Below are positions 1 through 10,548 of a DNA stretch of 32,842 nt, piece by piece. Position 1 is the stretch's first letter. Every line of letters starts with the position of its first letter. This DNA comes from Hyphochytrium catenoides (Eukaryota > Protista > Hyphochytriomycota). The notes below the pieces were generated by a model, which searched no databases, was not told where the DNA came from, and saw nothing but the letters and a program-made list of their open reading frames with translations. Location: NCBI GenBank assembly GCA_900088475.1, contig FLMG01002656.1, positions 1 through 32,842 on the forward strand. Direction: 5' to 3'. The position numbers and the translations under genes were made by a program.

Positions 1-149
1 AAGTGCTTGCGAAATGCCAAAGTTGACATCTGCCCTTTTGGCCGCTGGGAGTCTTGTTGATGTCTCTCCCGCTGCCTCCCTGCTGCAGATTCCCGCCAAT
101 ACTCCGCATCACAGACAGTTAGTACACCTCGAACTCTATCTTTCAACGG

Positions 150-1110
150 GCGGGTGATGGCAAAGGGATTTGTGTCTCAAGTCTAAGGACTTCTGTGCAG
201 CGGTGGCGCTGAATGAAACATCACTTCTTGCATGGCTAGAGACTTATTATCCGCCGTACATAGAGTCGCGCCTTTCACAGCTCAGCAGGCTGCCAGTGCT
301 TGGGACGGCGGAGACACCTAGATTAATGAGACGAAGACCCATGAGGAGTTTATCAGCCTGCTGTTAGATGACTAGCATTTGAGGGGGGCAGAGCATGTCA
401 GTAAGAGGAAGGGAACCGTTTACCGCTGAGCAAGATAAGCTTTCGGACTGGAAGAGCGAACGACGTCGCCATCTAGCTTTTGAGATGTTGCCCTGGCACC
501 CCGTCTCCAACTGTACATCAAGGAGTCTAATGTATGATAACATCGGATAGGCTTCTATTCTAGCTTGTTCCTCCAGAACGATGGCTCATAGCTGGATCGA
601 TGGCGCAGTGCGCAAACTTAGATACTTCCGAGTGAAACATCCTTTAGTTACCGGTGAGCTTCGTTATTACACCTCAAGCAGGGTACTGTCACTCTTCAAA
701 GTGCCAGCGCTATCATATGTGCAGGTCCTGGTTCAAGATTCTTTGTCTCTGGAGGATGAACGCGTCGAAAAGCGGGAAGAAGATATAGCAGAACAGATGC
801 CGCCGTCGGGCTCTTGATAAGGAGAAGGTCTAAGAAGCTGTAACGAGGGCAAGAAAGTTGCCTACAAGCCCATCCACTCATTTAACTTCCAACAATCGCA
901 AATGGTAAATGAAGACCTTCAATAACTTGATGGTCCAGAATGGACCACGGCTATGGATGAATAGATGGAGGCTAGGAAGAGACTTCAAGTGTAGAAGGTA
1001 GAGTTCTCTTGCGCCCAATTGGAAAGTCATTCGTCGTTAGAATCTTCAAGGTGCAGCGGACGATTGGCGCGTGACAGGTTACGTTGCGTCAGGTGGGTCA
1101 GCGATAGTGA
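150..1110 (+). mobile_element. Decayed Ty1/copia LTR retrotransposon pol fragment (integrase core to start of RT)
   Basis: Stop- and frameshift-ridden translations retain copia motifs in copia order. QV*GLLCSGGAE*..VHRVAPFTAQQ resembles integrase LRSDGGGEY..APYTPQQ (~178-285). TGRANDVAI*LLRC resembles TGKKPDVSHLRVFGC (~445-490). GV*CMI..IG* resembles KCIFIGY (~520-550). LDGPEWTTAMDE*MEA..QV*KV..PNWKVI..FKVQR resembles the RT start W..AMDEEM..VW..V..KWIFK (~926-1060). No LTRs identified. Confidence 0.55.
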
Positions 1111-2842
1111 TGTTTTTTTCGACGTAGGTCTTCCAGCAGGTTGCTTACAGCACGTCACTCGTGCCTTAGGCGACTAGAGAGCCATTCACCTCAGACCACA
1201 TCTCTATCTTATTACCTCCTCCTTCCCCTACTATCTATGTCCCGTCGGCTCTTTTCTCCTCCACCAGAGTATACTAGCTTGCAGACGTAGGAGCTACTAT
1301 TCATCAGAAGGTCTAGGAAATAACTCCACTGTTCATCAGACACAATCACATGTTTAAACTAGTCAACTTACGACGGAGAGTTACCTCGTCAGATTTGAGC
1401 ATGAGTCGCTCTGGTGACAGGTCGTCCGGGACATCAGCCAAGACGTGTATGACCTCTGCAGCTTCAAGTGTCGAAAGACACGTTATCAGGTTGGCCATAT
1501 TGAGAAGCAACTATATTAGGTCGAGACCACCGTCCTGGCGGGCCAGAGGCACCATCCTGGCACTAGATGCTCTTCCATATCGAAAAGGCAAAATTGCCAT
1601 GTGACTAACCCCTAAGACGGTGGGACTTTTAGGAGTCGGCCTTATCACACATGAACCGGGAACCACCAGGTCCTTGTAGTTCTCGCAGGCTTGCAGACGC
1701 ACGTGCCAACCGAACAAAGTGCCATTGTCTCTTCGATCATCTCACTTGTCGTCCTCCTTGGATCGCTGATCAGGGCCAAGGCGCCCTTTCTGGGACTTTG
1801 CGTTTTTTTTTTCTCAACTACTCTCCCTTCTTCATAAGGACTCCAAGGTGATTAGAGGTGAGAGGAGGGCAGAGGCGCATCCACAACAGTACCGCATGGG
1901 TAACGAGAGTCCAGTTATGTACCGACAGCAGCGGCTCTTAACATCTAGAAGGCATGATCGCAATACAGTAGCAAACGTCGCCTGTAGTGGCCAGGACCCG
2001 ACAGTCAGTGACCCTTACTCTTGAAGGTCTTGCTTTGGCTCCATGCTAGGGGCAGCAGCGATTGAGCCTGCCGCTACTAGGGCTTCAAGGTTATCTACAG
2101 CTGCATAGAGCTTTTCAGAGCGAGAATAAGGGCCGTTGAGCGCTCATCTATACTGAGTCCCTTTTCCATTCATCATTACTCTAATTCTAGCACTTTTTTG
2201 CACGGTTTTCGCGTGACGCAGCCCACACACACATCCTCGCCATGGAAGATACTACTATTAGGAAGGCCTAGAGCCCTGTAGGTGTGGGCTCATAGCGGGA
2301 AACCGGATGGCTGATCCCCTAAGGAGGAAAGTAATATTTCTCCACGATCTGCTGCTAATAATGGCAAAGCTGGACAACCGTCTCCACCCCTGGTCTGCGT
2401 CTTCCAAGCAACGGTCTATTGATTTAAGTAGAGCCGTCCCAGGATGGGGAGGAAGAGCAACGTCCCAGCTAATGCCCATTACACAGCCAAGAGGAGCCGA
2501 GCATTTGCAAGGAGGACTTTTGAGAGGAAACAGAGCTGGCAGTGCCTGGACTGGCAGAACACCTGCGATGACAATGCTAGCAGTCTCATCCGAAAAACCA
2601 CTGCCCACAAGTCTAGACGTGAGACCTTGTTGAGAAGAGAATACGGCCACTAGCGCCAAGATAGCACTCTTGGTGACAGCTAGCTAAGAGACAGCCCACT
2701 CCGCTCACTCTCAAATCTTCCTTAGAGTGCTCTCTCTTGTTGGCTAGAGTGACACCTCTAGCCCTCTTTAGGTTTCACTCCGAGGGACCTTTTTTATTGG
2801 GTCCATCGCAGGATTCTGCGCCTTCACAAGGGACAGTCGCTC

Positions 2843-3966
2843 TCATTCTCCGGCAAGGATGGCAGCCATCTCCTGTACCTTAAGAACGCGGGCAAAATCA
2901 TGCCTCAGGATGGTCTTGTCTATGATTGGAGCACAGCTCTCGGGCGCTTGATTCCTTAGCTCATCATGAGGCCGTCCTCTCTCGTTTTTCCTTCTCACCA
3001 TGAAAATTGTACAGCGCTGCAGATCCCTTACATCGTCCTCCTCCAGGTTGAACTTGTCGGCCAGGGAAAGGTGGTCAAATTGCGCTATAGTTAGGAGAAG
3101 GATAGGTCAGGCGGGGAGTGTTCCGTGTCGCGCATTCATAACGCTTCCCTACCTCCTATTGGCGTGACCTCATAGTTTTTCCTTAGCTGCCGGAAGAAGG
3201 ATCCTGAAGTCTTCCAACGCTTTATAAAGCTAAGGAGTATGACAGTGGAATCACTCGCCAATTGGTCGAAGGCTTGAAGAAGGGGCTCGAACAGTTCCTT
3301 ATAGTAGACTACGTCAGCGGCAACCAACAGGTCTATGGGGCGCCTGTGAGATTGGGGCAGCCTGTGAGGGAGAAGAGAAGGCGTGGTGAGGCTATGGCGA
3401 GCAGCTGGCCGTTTATAAGAGTGCCAGAGGAGATACGGCTAGGGCCCGAATCCAGAGAAACAAAGGTATAACCATGAGAGACCCTATGGGCCGCAATACC
3501 TTGCCATGAGCTCGTCTCGCGGAGAACCCCAGCAGTACTCGCAGGCCACAGCTCTCTTTAGCCCAGACAGAGTCACACTCGATTGAATCTGGGGCACTAC
3601 ATGGGCCAAGTCAGTGATCGCGACGTCCATCCCAAGCTGCGCCAACACAAGTCCAGCAAGCCCAGGTCCCGCACCAAGATCTACTGCTAGCTTCTCCTCC
3701 AAAAGGCCTGGACGTATCGTCTCCAGCTGGGCTAGAAGCTCTGTTAGCGCAAGGCATGCTGGCCAGACTCGGAATGCTAAGCCCTTTCTTCTGTCACTGG
3801 CATAGCGGATCTCACTGCCCATAAAAGTGAAGATACTTTGCTGCCACCCATCTTGTGGGCTATGCCCAGCCTCCGACGCTCTCTTGTCATCTAACGCCTC
3901 CTTGCTGGCGTGTTTCTCGTCCTCTGAGTCCTCGCTGGAGCTCTCGTGGAACATCCGCTTCAGCAT
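2843..3966 (-). CDS. METTL21/EEF1AKMT/VCPKMT-family (Methyltransf_16) protein-lysine methyltransferase, 3 exons
   Basis: Motifs G..VWPA..AL, VDLGAGPGLAGL (motif I), ITD, CWG and IDLLVAADVVY (DxxY). Exons 3966-3500, ~3361-3153 and ~3084-2843 are joined by GT-AG introns in consistent phase. TGA stop at 2845-2843. Confidence 0.85.
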
Positions 3967-4284
3967 GGCAGTAGGCAGGTGTTGGGTCTCACTCTTAGGG
4001 TTTTCTTGTGGCTGCTGGGACACAAGTTGCAAGGCAGTTCTCCTGGGCAGTCGCCTGCCCAGCTCGAGATAGATTCTCACTCACATAGAGCGGTTAAAGA
4101 GGATGCACTTCAGATGCTGGAGATCTTGAGCCGTGTTATTGGGCTTCTGATGCTGGGGGATAAGCTATCAGAACCGAGGAAGTACGCCGCCACAGCATGA
4201 AGCCAAGGATAAGGACCGAAAATATTATTGCAAGCCAGCCTGAAGATCGCTAACGGCTAGTCTTTGTGGCCTGAAGCATAACGG

Positions 4285-4377
4285 AGTGAGAGACAGAGAA
4301 TGCGAGAGACACGTGAGAGAGAGAAAGATCGAAACAATAACAACCGCGAACAGGAGAGGGAGAAATGAAGAGAGAGG

Positions 4378-4430
<53 letters not shown>

Positions 4431-4553
4431 TGAAACAAAGGAAGTAGGCGTGGAGGTAAGAAGATTATCTCGTAGAGTGAACCAAAGAGAGCACGACAGA
4501 ATAAGAGAGAGAGACAGAGCGGGAGAGAGAGACAGGAGAGTGGGAGAGAGACA
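4285..4553. repeat. Imperfect (GA)n microsatellite / purine tract
   Basis: Long runs of gagaga/agagaa are visible directly. Confidence 0.9.
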
Positions 4554-4573
4554 AGAACTCAAGAACAGAACTT

Positions 4574-5176
4574 ATGGCGATCAGAATAAGATTCTAGGGA
4601 CGTCTGGGTTCAGATGAAGAGAGCCAGCAGGACGGCGACCTGATCGAACAACGGCCCAGGAACAAGGATCACTAGTCTCTTGCAAAGTCCCGCATTGTCT
4701 TCAGAGTTGTCTCTGTCTCGTCCGGGTCAGCTCCCGCGGCATCCCCGCAACGCCAAGGTCTAGGCAAAGCGAGAGCAGCAAGAACCGTAAAGAAAGGAAG
4801 ACATCTTCCTAGGAGAGGGTTCCTTTCGCACGAACAGAGGTTGCTGAAGCTGGCGGACGCCACTTTGAGGGGAAAGCGAAGGCGTTCAGAAGAGGAGGAA
4901 GATATTCTGAGTGAGATGTCAAGCGTTGGGGCAGCAGATATCGCCTCTCAGGCGTCCGGAGGCAATGGTGGTGGGGTTGCAAGCCAGAGAGACAGCACCT
5001 TAGCGCACCAGGATCTCCTGCACAGTCCGCCTGCACGGCCCCGGTCAAGCTCTTCCAGCGCTAGGAATCTTCTAGAGAAAGTTGGACTCAAGGCTGCAGC
5101 GGACAAAGTGCCTTTGAGGAGATCTGAGGGCGAGGAAGTAAAGGTAGAGAGACTGTTTGAGGGCGACAGCGAATAA
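4574..5176 (+). pseudogene. Stop-interrupted ~200-codon reading frame of unknown function (or terminal exon of an unresolved gene)
   Basis: The frame from ATG 4574 to TAA 5176 reads as a charged, S-rich protein, with in-frame TAG at 4595 and 4673. It is open from 4676 to 5176. No family motif recognised. Confidence 0.3.
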
Positions 5177-5192
5177 GAGAGAGAATGCGGAG

Positions 5193-5247
<55 letters not shown>

Positions 5248-5290
5248 AGAGAGAGAGACAGAGAGAGGGAGAGAGAGAGGAGAGAAAGAC
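5176..5290. repeat. (GT)n-(GA)n compound microsatellite
   Basis: A short (GT)n run at 5193-5202 is followed by a perfect (GA)n run at 5203-5240 and an imperfect continuation. Confidence 0.95.
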
Positions 5291-5418
5291 AAAGGAGAAT
5301 GAGTAAGGGAGAGTGAACTAGGCTGTCCTAGAAGTCAACAGAGGGGCGATAACGGAGAGCGAGAAATGGCGGAAAGGAGGAAAGAGAGGGGTTTGGCTCA
5401 GGAAAAAGAACGCAAGAG

Positions 5419-8400
5419 ATGAAGGCAAAGGTGCTTTGAATGACAAAGGGCGATGTTGCGCTGATGCTCATAGGAAGGATTCCTCTACAAGCAAGGCAGC
5501 CGGGTAAAGAACTGGAAAAGGTACGTTCGTCTTTCTCAACGATCGTCCCCTTCTGCGTCCCTCACCGTCCCTGGACGTCGCTAGCAGTCTTGGATTCTGT
5601 GGCTTTCTCTTGATTTTTGTGTGGGCTCAATTGTTGCTTGCATTCAGGCGATGGTTTGTCCTGAACTTCGGCACTCGAGAGCTGAGTTATTACTCGGCGC
5701 CGCACTCGCGTTGGGCTAAGGGCAAGATGGAGATAACAGATGGCAGCAAGATTGACCAAGACGTCGGCGAGGACGTGGCCAAGAGCCTGGATAAGGTAAC
5801 TCCACCTCTGTAGTTTCCTTCTCTTTCTCTACCCTCCTAGTCTTCCGTTTATCGGCCCCGGCGCCGAGTACATTCTCCTGTTCTGCGGTCCTGCGGCTGA
5901 TGGACTGTTTGAAGGGATGTCTGTTTGGCTGTTAGCACTCACCCTGATTTCTTTCTTCTGTCAGGACATTGTCAACCCGTATTTATTCGCACTCCGCAGC
6001 CCCAAGAGAGGTCAATTCATCTTGTCTTGACGCGAATGGTGCTTATGCCTGACTCTTCCTCACTTCCCTCGGGACCTGCGATCCATCCCGGGTCTCCTGG
6101 TCTTCTCTTCGCATCCTCTCCCATCAACCTTTGTAGTGCTCTTTATGTGCGCCTCATCAGAAGATGAGCGCCGATCCTGGATGGATGCACTCAAAAGAAG
6201 TCTCCGTCCTGTCCGTAAGTGAATCCATATCATGTGCAAGCCTTCTGCTCGTCCCTTAACTTCTGGTGTCGTCCTCTATGCACCCTGCACGTTCACATTC
6301 TTATGCTATTCGCTACCATCTCCTCTCCTTTCTTTACTGGGAACAGTTAGTCCAAGAAGCAGGGCGAACTCTTTCCCTAGCAGGTTGTTAGTGGGAAAAG
6401 GTAGCTTTGCGGACGAGGAAACATTTGGAGGGAACAATCTACGTGGCCAGCTTCATGCATCCGGTTCAATGACCCTATCGCCGCAGGTACCCTTTGGCCT
6501 TCTCTGTGAGGCGCGTAAAGGCTCGCATAATCTCTCACACTACTCCAATCCAGGCCAAAGCAACCTCACCGCGTTCTCCCCTGAGCCAAGGCAAGATGGT
6601 GGATCAATATCGAATTATTAAAGATCTAGGCAGGGGCGCGTTTGCAACAGTGAAGCTCGTCAGCAAGGTCAATCAAGAGGATGCTAGCAAAGAAGCTTTT
6701 TTTGCCATGAAGGTACAGATGTTCCTACCGGGGATGTGGCGTCCCCAGACATTTGCAGGTCCATTTGCGTCTTGCATTGCGCTTGCCTTACCTTCCGTGT
6801 TTAGCATTTGGCCTGCTTAACTTATTGTGAGTCACTAAAGCCATCGGCTGGATCTAAGCCTTCGTGTTGACCGTGATCCTCTCTTGGTCTGTCGTCGCTA
6901 GGTTTTCAACAAGTCACTTCTCAAAAGGCAACGGGAATTCAAGAGAGTAGGTCGACGAATGGTAAGGCAAACACTCGTAAGGAGCATCCGAGATCCCTTA
7001 GAGTGAGAGCAGAGGCAGATGATACCTGCAACGTATGAGGGGTCAAGACATTGGTGATCGATGACTTAGGGACAACCCGAGGGTGGCAAATGCAAAGACA
7101 GCCCATCACCACCCTTACTGTTCTGGTTCTTGGCAGGTGGTGTCCACCGGTTTGGATAAGGTTCAAGAGGAAATTGCTATCATGAAGAAGCTTGAGCACC
7201 AAAACCTCGTCCGATTGTACGAGGTAATGGATGACGATGAAGAGATGCTGCTCATGGTGCTAGAGTACTGCGAAGGAGGACAGGTAAGACGTCTTGCGCA
7301 ATCACGGGAGCCCGAGTGAAGCAGGGAAGATATTTGCACTTATCCTTCTCTTAGAGTCAGCCTTAGTATGAACTAGGAGACGTGAAAAGTGGAAAGACAG
7401 CGCAGTATCGATGAAAGGAAGAGCTAAAAATTGGCTCCGTTCTGTTCAGGTTCTCTACTACAACGGCAAGCTGAAGCGCTACGAGCTACCGCGTCCGGGG
7501 AGGTCTGACGACACGCCTTTAGAAATTGACGAAAATAGTCCCAGTGCAGAGTTAGAGGACGAGGACTCTCCGGCACCTCCTCTTCCACCTACCGAGCTTC
7601 TTCTGTCTGAGACGACAGTGCGTCTTTACCTTCGATCGATAGTCCAGGGTCTCGCCTACCTTCATCAACACCACATTTGTCACCGGTCAGTGAGAAATAG
7701 AACCGCCTTCCCTTGTACACACACCGGCTGGAGAATTGCTTGGTCTCCCCTCTGAGACAGCGAGCTAGAGGAACCTCATTTGTTGCTGAACTTCTCCGAT
7801 CCATTGGCAGTTTATCTAATAATTTGGCCCAAATGCCTTCACGCTTCTTGTTTCTACAGCGATCTGAAGCCAGAGAACCTGCTGCTCTCCTCCCTGCATC
7901 ACCCAGAGTTGAAGATTGCAGACTTTGGGGTGGCTCGGTACTTCGCAGAAGAGGTGGAGACGACCGTAGGTGACTCCAAGCGGTTGATGATAGGGAAACT
8001 TGTGGACACCCAGGGAACTTATCAGTTCCTTTCGCCCGAGGCTTTGTTGGGGGTAAGACTACTTCTAAATAGTGCTCAACAGAGATGTTGCAGGTGTCGA
8101 TCTTGGTTCAGCCTCTGTCTTCCTTCCAACTCACGTGGGGCCTTCGTGGTATAAACGTGCTACCCGCTCTAAGAATGCCGTTCGCAAGTAGGGCTAACCT
8201 TCACCTCTTCGCTTTTTAACTCCTTGAATTAGGGAGAGTTCAGCGGCTATGCGGCGGATGTGTGGGCCCTAGGAGTCACCATCTACGTCTTCCTCTATGG
8301 CTCGCTACCGTTCTTCGCAAGCTCTACGGAGGTACCATAATCCTTGCGAATTGTCCATGTCTTTGAACTAAGCTCTTTCCTCTCTGTGCCGGTGATGTCT

Positions 8401-9512
8401 TTGCCAACCGGTGCAGAAACTCTTTGAAAGGATCACGAACAAGGTACTATTCCTCATCAAAGACCTATTCTGCCTTTGGGCTCGTCACCTAAGCGTGCTC
8501 CTCTTTTTTTTGCTGGTCAATAACTTAGGAGCTCAAGTTCCCGGTGCCTATCTCAGAAGGTCTGAAAGACCTCCTTACCAAGATGCTCGCAAAGGACCCC
8601 AAGGAACGCATCAGCGTCAGCAGCATCATGGTACCTTGTTTCTTGTCGCCTTAATGTCTTAGCGCTCTCTTGGTTGTTGCTCCAAGGCCCTCGGATGGAG
8701 TCCACCTTCAGTCTTCCTGAAGCGCTTTGGCCTCTTTCTCTGTCCTTTGTGCGATAGCCGTTATACCTTGTCCGGCTCTTCGGTCCCTGTAGCTGTTGAC
8801 TCTTTACCAGCGTGTCACTTATCCGTTCGTCATCTCCAGCATCATCCTTGGGTGAATGAGGGAGGACTAGTGCCGCTCGTCTCGATTAGACAGCCTGAGA
8901 CCGTTACCATTACGCCTGAAGATGTTGCCCGAGCATTCTCCCCAATAGGCCACATAGAGCTAATTGTAGGTCTTTCGGGCTGAACATCTGTCCATGGCCC
9001 TTCATCTTACTCTGTTCACCTCACTCCCAGACTAAGGTCAAGATCATGGCATCGTCGTGGAAAACCAAAGCACGCCACAGGGTAGGGCCATGCACCAAGC
9101 AAAGCTCCATGTTCACTGTCCGATGAACTCTTTCCTAAACTCCTTGCTCTCCTATGGGAATGCGTGTAGGCTGCGTCTCGGGAATCCAGTCGCAGCAGTG
9201 GCGGCGTGTCGGCTAATGAGCTTCCCACTGAGGTCACTCGCTACGAATCGGCGCTACACGACGCTGCACCGCGTTCATTGAACGGTAAACGTTTCCCCAT
9301 ATCTACCCATAGCATTGGTTATCCTGCCAGGTTGGACACCCTCCTCACTTTTGCCGTCATCAGCAGCTGTAGACCTGCCAAAGCCACCTGTCCCTTCAAT
9401 GGTGGTGCTGAGCCCGCCTACGCCGCCAGCAGCAGCGGAAAGTGAGCAGATGCAGAAGGCAATGGACAGCGCTCCAGAACAGCAGCCACCGGATACTGTG
9501 CCCAATAGCTAG
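5419..9512 (+). CDS. PH-domain-containing CAMKK/GRIK(SnAK)/SAK1-family Ser/Thr kinase, ~18 exons
   Basis: Spliced N-terminus MKAK|EGFLYKQGSRVKNWKR|RWFVL...FAL...LFMCASSEDERRSWMDAL is a PH domain. Kinase motifs: LGRGAFATVKL, AMK|VFNKSLLKR, EEIAIMKKLEHQNLVRLYEV, HR|DLKPEN, DFG, TQGTYQFLSPE, ADVWALGVTIY, KDPKERI, HHPWV. All introns are GT-AG and in phase. TAG stop at 9510-9512. Confidence 0.9.
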
Positions 9513-9565
9513 AGAATCAGGAGGTGACTGATCAGCTGCGAAAGAAGGGTTGATTGCACGCGGTC

Positions 9566-9575
9566 AATAAATAAA
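9566..9575 (+). terminator. Candidate polyadenylation signal (overlapping AATAAA x2) for the kinase
   Basis: aataaataaa begins 54 nt after the kinase stop, in the short gap between convergent genes. Confidence 0.35.
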
Positions 9576-9594
9576 CAGATCCAAGGGCTTCTTG

Positions 9595-9965
9595 TCAATG
9601 ATGTGAGCGATGGGGCTGCAGCTCCCGCAGCTCCTTTTGACGTCTTCTGAGCTCAATGGTCGCAGTCTTATATATCACAGCAATGGCGGTCTGCAATCGC
9701 TTGTTCTCTGCCTGTCAGCGATACTTTAAGAAGTCATGTACTCTTCACCACTTTCCTTACATTCCTGCATGATGTAGCTTACCTTCAGAGATTGATGGTG
9801 CTCTATCGCCTCAACAAGCGCTTGCTCGAGCTTGGCAACATCCTCAGCAATAGCATCCCTTTGGTGCTTAAGCTCCGCCGTCCGCATCTGCTGGTATGAG
9901 ACTGCGATATCGATATCTCCATAGAGACAATCGAGCTCTTCATCTTCCTGATCCATGTCCTCCAT
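9595..9965 (-). CDS. Small (99 aa) coiled-coil protein resembling the FLASH/CASP8AP2 N-terminal domain, 2 exons
   Basis: Exon 1 is 9965-9783 (MEDMDQEDEELDCLYGDID...QSLK), then a GTAAGC..CTGACAG intron, then exon 2 9711-9595 (AENKRLQTAIAVIYKTATIELRRRQKELRELQPHRSHH*). This matches the remembered FLASH pattern LDLY...ENxxLxxNISxLxKTAxxEIxRKDxEIxxL. Confidence 0.7.
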
Positions 9966-10206
9966 CGTCTCAAAACGCCTACGAGCCCGAACTTTCAATA
10001 TCACTTTCAATCACCGCTGTCCCAATCACCAGGAACTCTTTGCGGTGAGTCCTCAAACTACACGCTGCCGGGAGCCATCAGAGGACTGCTTCAGCAGCTC
10101 AAGCTCCGGACTTTCATGGCCGCAGCGGCAGCAATAAATATCCTAGAGCTTTGTCTCACTGAGTTTTAACCCGTCATCTGCTTGCCAAAGACTTGAGCCT
10201 CTTTAT

Positions 10207-10295
10207 ACCCGAGCCTTTCAAGCCTATAATAACCACAGCAATAGCTTCAAACCCTGAACTGTAGCGGCTCGGGTCATTCGTGTTTGAAGCTGTGG
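10207..10295. other. Two interleaved perfect inverted repeats in the divergent promoter region
   Basis: acccgagcc (10207-10215) pairs with ggctcgggt (10266-10274). agcttcaaac (10243-10252) pairs with gtttgaagct (10282-10291). ccacagc (10233-10239) can also pair with gctgtgg (10289-10295). Confidence 0.6.
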
Positions 10296-10548
10296 ATTCT
10301 GAGGAAACCTCTCTCTGTTTGATTATGAGGCACACTCAGAGGAGAGCTGCTGGGATGGCGGCTAGTTCCCTCAGTTGAACCGTTTGTTAGTGGCGATCAA
10401 TCCTTACAAGCATCAAGCGAAGATATGGATACTTCGAGCTTGCCTTGAGGCGAGGTGGATGAGGAGAGAGCTGAGGCGGCCTTGAAGTAGACTGCCTCTC
10501 CCGGCAAGCAGCTAACAATTGCTTTGGAAGGCGCCAGACAGAAGTGCC

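Noticed and set aside
1350-2660. Protein-like minus-strand frames with scattered stops (possible tyrosine recombinase or other TE relic)
   Set aside because: No convincing catalytic motif set was recognised. It is probably decayed coding or TE DNA but cannot be assigned by eye.
4574-5176. TAG reassigned to a sense codon (alternative genetic code)
   Set aside because: No in-frame TAG was needed in any exon of the kinase, TUTase, ferrochelatase or methyltransferase models. In-frame TAGs occur only in decayed frames, some of which also carry TGA stops.
4250-5292. SL-rich minus-strand ORFs in the ORF track
   Set aside because: They are translations of (CT)n microsatellites.
10299-10310. Hammerhead ribozyme core (CUGAGGA..GAAA)
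   Set aside because: The motifs overlap with no intervening stem II, so the topology cannot form.
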